Shown here: positions 61,496-64,000 of the stretch, piece after piece
Position numbering within the stretch: position 1 is the stretch's first letter
How the letters are laid out: every line of letters starts with the position of its first letter
Origin: Desulfocapsaceae bacterium
GTDB lineage: Bacteria > Desulfobacterota > Desulfobulbia > Desulfobulbales > Desulfocapsaceae
Direction: 5' to 3'
NCBI GenBank assembly: GCA_033852035.1
Contig: JAWSVG010000003.1
Span: 4,091 to 68,090 of the forward strand
DNA: 64,000 bases
Notes under the pieces: model-generated
Database searches by the model: none
What the model was told of the DNA's origin: nothing
The model's input: only the letters and a program-made list of their open reading frames with translations
Translations under genes and position numbers: made by a program

Positions 61496-61504
61496 CGCTT
61501 GATC

Positions 61505-62626
61505 TCACTCATGGTGATTCAGCACAGTAAATCCTTCACTTTTGCAGAGTTCGTCTCTCCTGGCATCCTCAAGATCATAGCGCGTCATTTCAGCAACGAG
61601 ATCTCCAAATGAGGTTTTGGGCACCCAGCCAAGTTTTTCTTTGGCCTTGCTTGGGTCACCGAGCAGGCTCTCTACTTCAGTCGGGCGAAAATACCTTGGG
61701 TCAACACGTACAATAACATCTCCAACCTTCATGCCAATAACGTTGGTCACGGACGGAAGCGATGTAATTATGCCGACCTCATCAACACCAGTCCCATTCC
61801 AATCAAGGCTGACACCAAGTTCAGCAGCAGCAGAATTGACAAAGTCTCGAACAGAATGTTGTTCTCCAGAGGCAATAACAAAATCGTCGGGTGTCTCCTG
61901 CTGAAGCATCAGCCACTGCATCTGAACATAATCCCGGGCGTGGCCCCAGTCACGCTTCGCATCAAGATTCCCAAGATACAGACAATCTTGAAGGCCCAGA
62001 TAAATTCTGGCGAGGGCTCTGGTTATCTTCCTGGTGACAAAGGTTTCACCACGCAGCGGCGACTCATGGTTAAACAAGATGCCGTTACAAGCGTACATAT
62101 TGTAAGCTTCCCGGTAATTGACAACGATCCAATAGGCATACATTTTTGCAACTGCATAAGGGGATCTCGGATAAAAAGGAGTTTTCTCTGTTTGGGGTAT
62201 TTCCTGAACTTTACCAAAGAGTTCTGAAGTCGAGGCTTGATAGAATTTAGTCTTTTCAGTAAGCCCAAGAATCCTGATTGCTTCAAGCACTCTTAGCGTA
62301 CCGAGTGCATCTGAGTTAGCAGTGTATTCGGGTTCTTCGAAGGAAACAGCAACGTGGGATTGAGCAGCAAGGTTGTAAATTTCGTCTGGCTGAACTTTTC
62401 CAATAATGTGTATAAGACTAGAAGAATCAGTAAGGTCACCATGATGCAGGACAAAGTTACGGTCGCTAGCATGAGGGTCTTGATAGAGGTGGTCAATACG
62501 GTCAGTATTAAAAAGGGACGCTCTACGTTTAATACCATGGACCACGTACCCTTTTTCGAGTAAAAATTCGGCAAGGTAGGCTCCATCTTGTCCGGTAATA
62601 CCGGTAATCAATGCTATTTTTTTCAT
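61505..62626 (-). CDS. gmd: GDP-mannose 4,6-dehydratase
   Basis: [33 protein letters not shown] and RDWGHA. Confidence 0.97.
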   Translation of the reverse strand: MKKIALITGITGQDGAYLAEFLLEKGYVVHGIKRRASLFNTDRIDHLYQDPHASDRNFVLHHGDLTDSSSLIHIIGKVQPDEIYNLAAQSHVAVSFEEPEYTANSDALGTLRVLEAIRILGLTEKTKFYQASTSELFGKVQEIPQTEKTPFYPRSPYAVAKMYAYWIVVNYREAYNMYACNGILFNHESPLRGETFVTRKITRALARIYLGLQDCLYLGNLDAKRDWGHARDYVQMQWLMLQQETPDDFVIASGEQHSVRDFVNSAAAELGVSLDWNGTGVDEVGIITSLPSVTNVIGMKVGDVIVRVDPRYFRPTEVESLLGDPSKAKEKLGWVPKTSFGDLVAEMTRYDLEDARRDELCKSEGFTVLNHHE

Positions 62627-62660
62627 TTATAAACACTCAGTCATCACGAATAGCAGTCAG

Positions 62661-63998
62661 TTATTTTTTTATCGAACGCCCTCGGCCAATTCCATAATAG
62701 GCAAGTCCAAGGGCCTCAACTCGAGAAGGTTCGTATAGGTTACGACCATCAAAGATGACCGCATCTTTCAACTCCTCAAGCATGATAGCAAAATCAGGGA
62801 CCCGAAAACTCTTCCATTCCGTAACAATGACAAGAGCGTCTGCACCATGTAATGCAGCCTCTTTTGTACCCATCAATGTAAGATTATCTTTGGTACCATA
62901 AATCCTCTGGGCCTCTTCCATAGCCTCAGGGTCATATGCCTGGACCTTTGCTCCAGATTCCCAAAGTGACTCAATCAAAACACGACTCGAGGCTTCACGC
63001 ATATCATCAGTGTTTGGTTTAAATGAAAGCCCCCATATCGCAAAGGTTTTACCTTCAAGTTTTCCTTTGTAAAAAGATGTTACATGCTCAAAAAGTTTCT
63101 CTTTTTGTTTATAGTTAACGCTTTCAACTGCGCGAAGGATTTTAGCCTCATACCCTATCTCATTTGCAGATCGCTCCAGTGCCTGGACATCTTTTGGAAA
63201 ACATGACCCTCCATATCCGCAGCCAGGATAAATAAATTTATATCCAATCCTTGAATCAGAACCGATACCTCTTCGAACCTGTTCAATATCCACACCCAAA
63301 CGTTCGGCCAGATTTGACATTTCATTCATGAAAGATATTTTGGTCGCAAGGAGACAATTGGCAGCATATTTGGTGAACTCTGCACTACGCACATCCATTA
63401 CCATGATTTTATCACGATTACGGCTGAAAGGTTCATAGAGTTCACGCATTTTCTCCTCGACTTCAACGCTGTCCGTGCCAATAATTATTCTCTCAGGCCG
63501 CATACAATCATCCAGCGCAGAACCTTCTTTTAAAAACTCTGGATTGGACACAACGTGGAGAGAAACGTCAATTTGTCTCTCTTTAAGAATAGGTGTCATA
63601 TGGGCTCTTACTTTATCAGCTGTCCCCACAGGCACCGTGGATTTATCAATGATTATTTTTCCATCCGTCATATAACTGGCAATCTCACCGGCAACAGAAA
63701 GTACATATTGAAGATCAGCACTTCCATCTTCATCAGGAGGTGTCCCTACTGCAATAAACTGTAATTCGCTGTGGTCTATACCTCGTTGTGCATCAGTAGT
63801 AAATGTTATCCGTTTCTTTTCATAATTTACTCTGACAAGCTCAGTGAGGCCAGGCTCGAAAATTGGAATAATTCCGTTTTTCAGGCCTTCAATTTTATTT
63901 GCATCAACGTCTACGCAGCAAACATTGTGGCCAACATCTGCAAGTACGGCTGCCTGTACTAAACCAACATATCCAACACCAAAAACAGTTACATTCAT
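62661..63998 (-). CDS. ugd: UDP-glucose 6-dehydrogenase
   Basis: GVGYVG, AVGTP, KSTVPVGT, SNPEFLKEG, GYGGSCFPKD and KPNTDDMRE. Confidence 0.95.
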   Translation of the reverse strand: MNVTVFGVGYVGLVQAAVLADVGHNVCCVDVDANKIEGLKNGIIPIFEPGLTELVRVNYEKKRITFTTDAQRGIDHSELQFIAVGTPPDEDGSADLQYVLSVAGEIASYMTDGKIIIDKSTVPVGTADKVRAHMTPILKERQIDVSLHVVSNPEFLKEGSALDDCMRPERIIIGTDSVEVEEKMRELYEPFSRNRDKIMVMDVRSAEFTKYAANCLLATKISFMNEMSNLAERLGVDIEQVRRGIGSDSRIGYKFIYPGCGYGGSCFPKDVQALERSANEIGYEAKILRAVESVNYKQKEKLFEHVTSFYKGKLEGKTFAIWGLSFKPNTDDMREASSRVLIESLWESGAKVQAYDPEAMEEAQRIYGTKDNLTLMGTKEAALHGADALVIVTEWKSFRVPDFAIMLEELKDAVIFDGRNLYEPSRVEALGLAYYGIGRGRSIKK

Positions 63999-64000
63999 GA

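Overview
This 64 kb window looks bacterial and most like a sulfate-reducing Desulfobacterota (Desulfobulbales-like) chromosome. That is inferred from desulfoferrodoxin, a Desulfovibrio-type cox operon, an apparent selenoprotein and the catabolic gene set; no rRNA is present to confirm it. Positions 1-38.4 kb form an anaerobic acyl-CoA catabolic island: two TRAP systems, beta-oxidation enzymes, CoA ligases, a carboxyltransferase, an epimerase and a split B12 acyl-CoA mutase with a strongly altered active site. Inside it, a block at 14-22.6 kb (corrinoid methyltransferase module, second TRAP dctP and its sigma54 activator) carries four frameshifts and three deletions, while the flanking genes are intact. 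Positions 38.4-40.7 kb are a scar containing a recQ 3' remnant, an intact HigBA-like toxin-antitoxin pair bounded by an attC site (an integron cassette with no integrase in the window) and a dead lipoprotein esterase gene. Positions 41-48.3 kb are an oxygen-handling cluster: a UGA-containing ArsC-like selenoprotein truncated in the ORF track, ferritin, an A2-type heme-copper oxidase operon led by a DOMON protein, and superoxide reductase. Positions 48.4-64 kb are mostly housekeeping: fumC, lysA, an Nth-Xth fusion, mutY, azlCD, a kdnB homologue, a divergent RelA/SpoT-like protein and fcl/gmd/ugd. Two families of short structured repeats (MITE/REP-like) each occur twice. No tRNA, rRNA or CRISPR array was seen. 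All family assignments come from motif recognition by eye; no database search was run.
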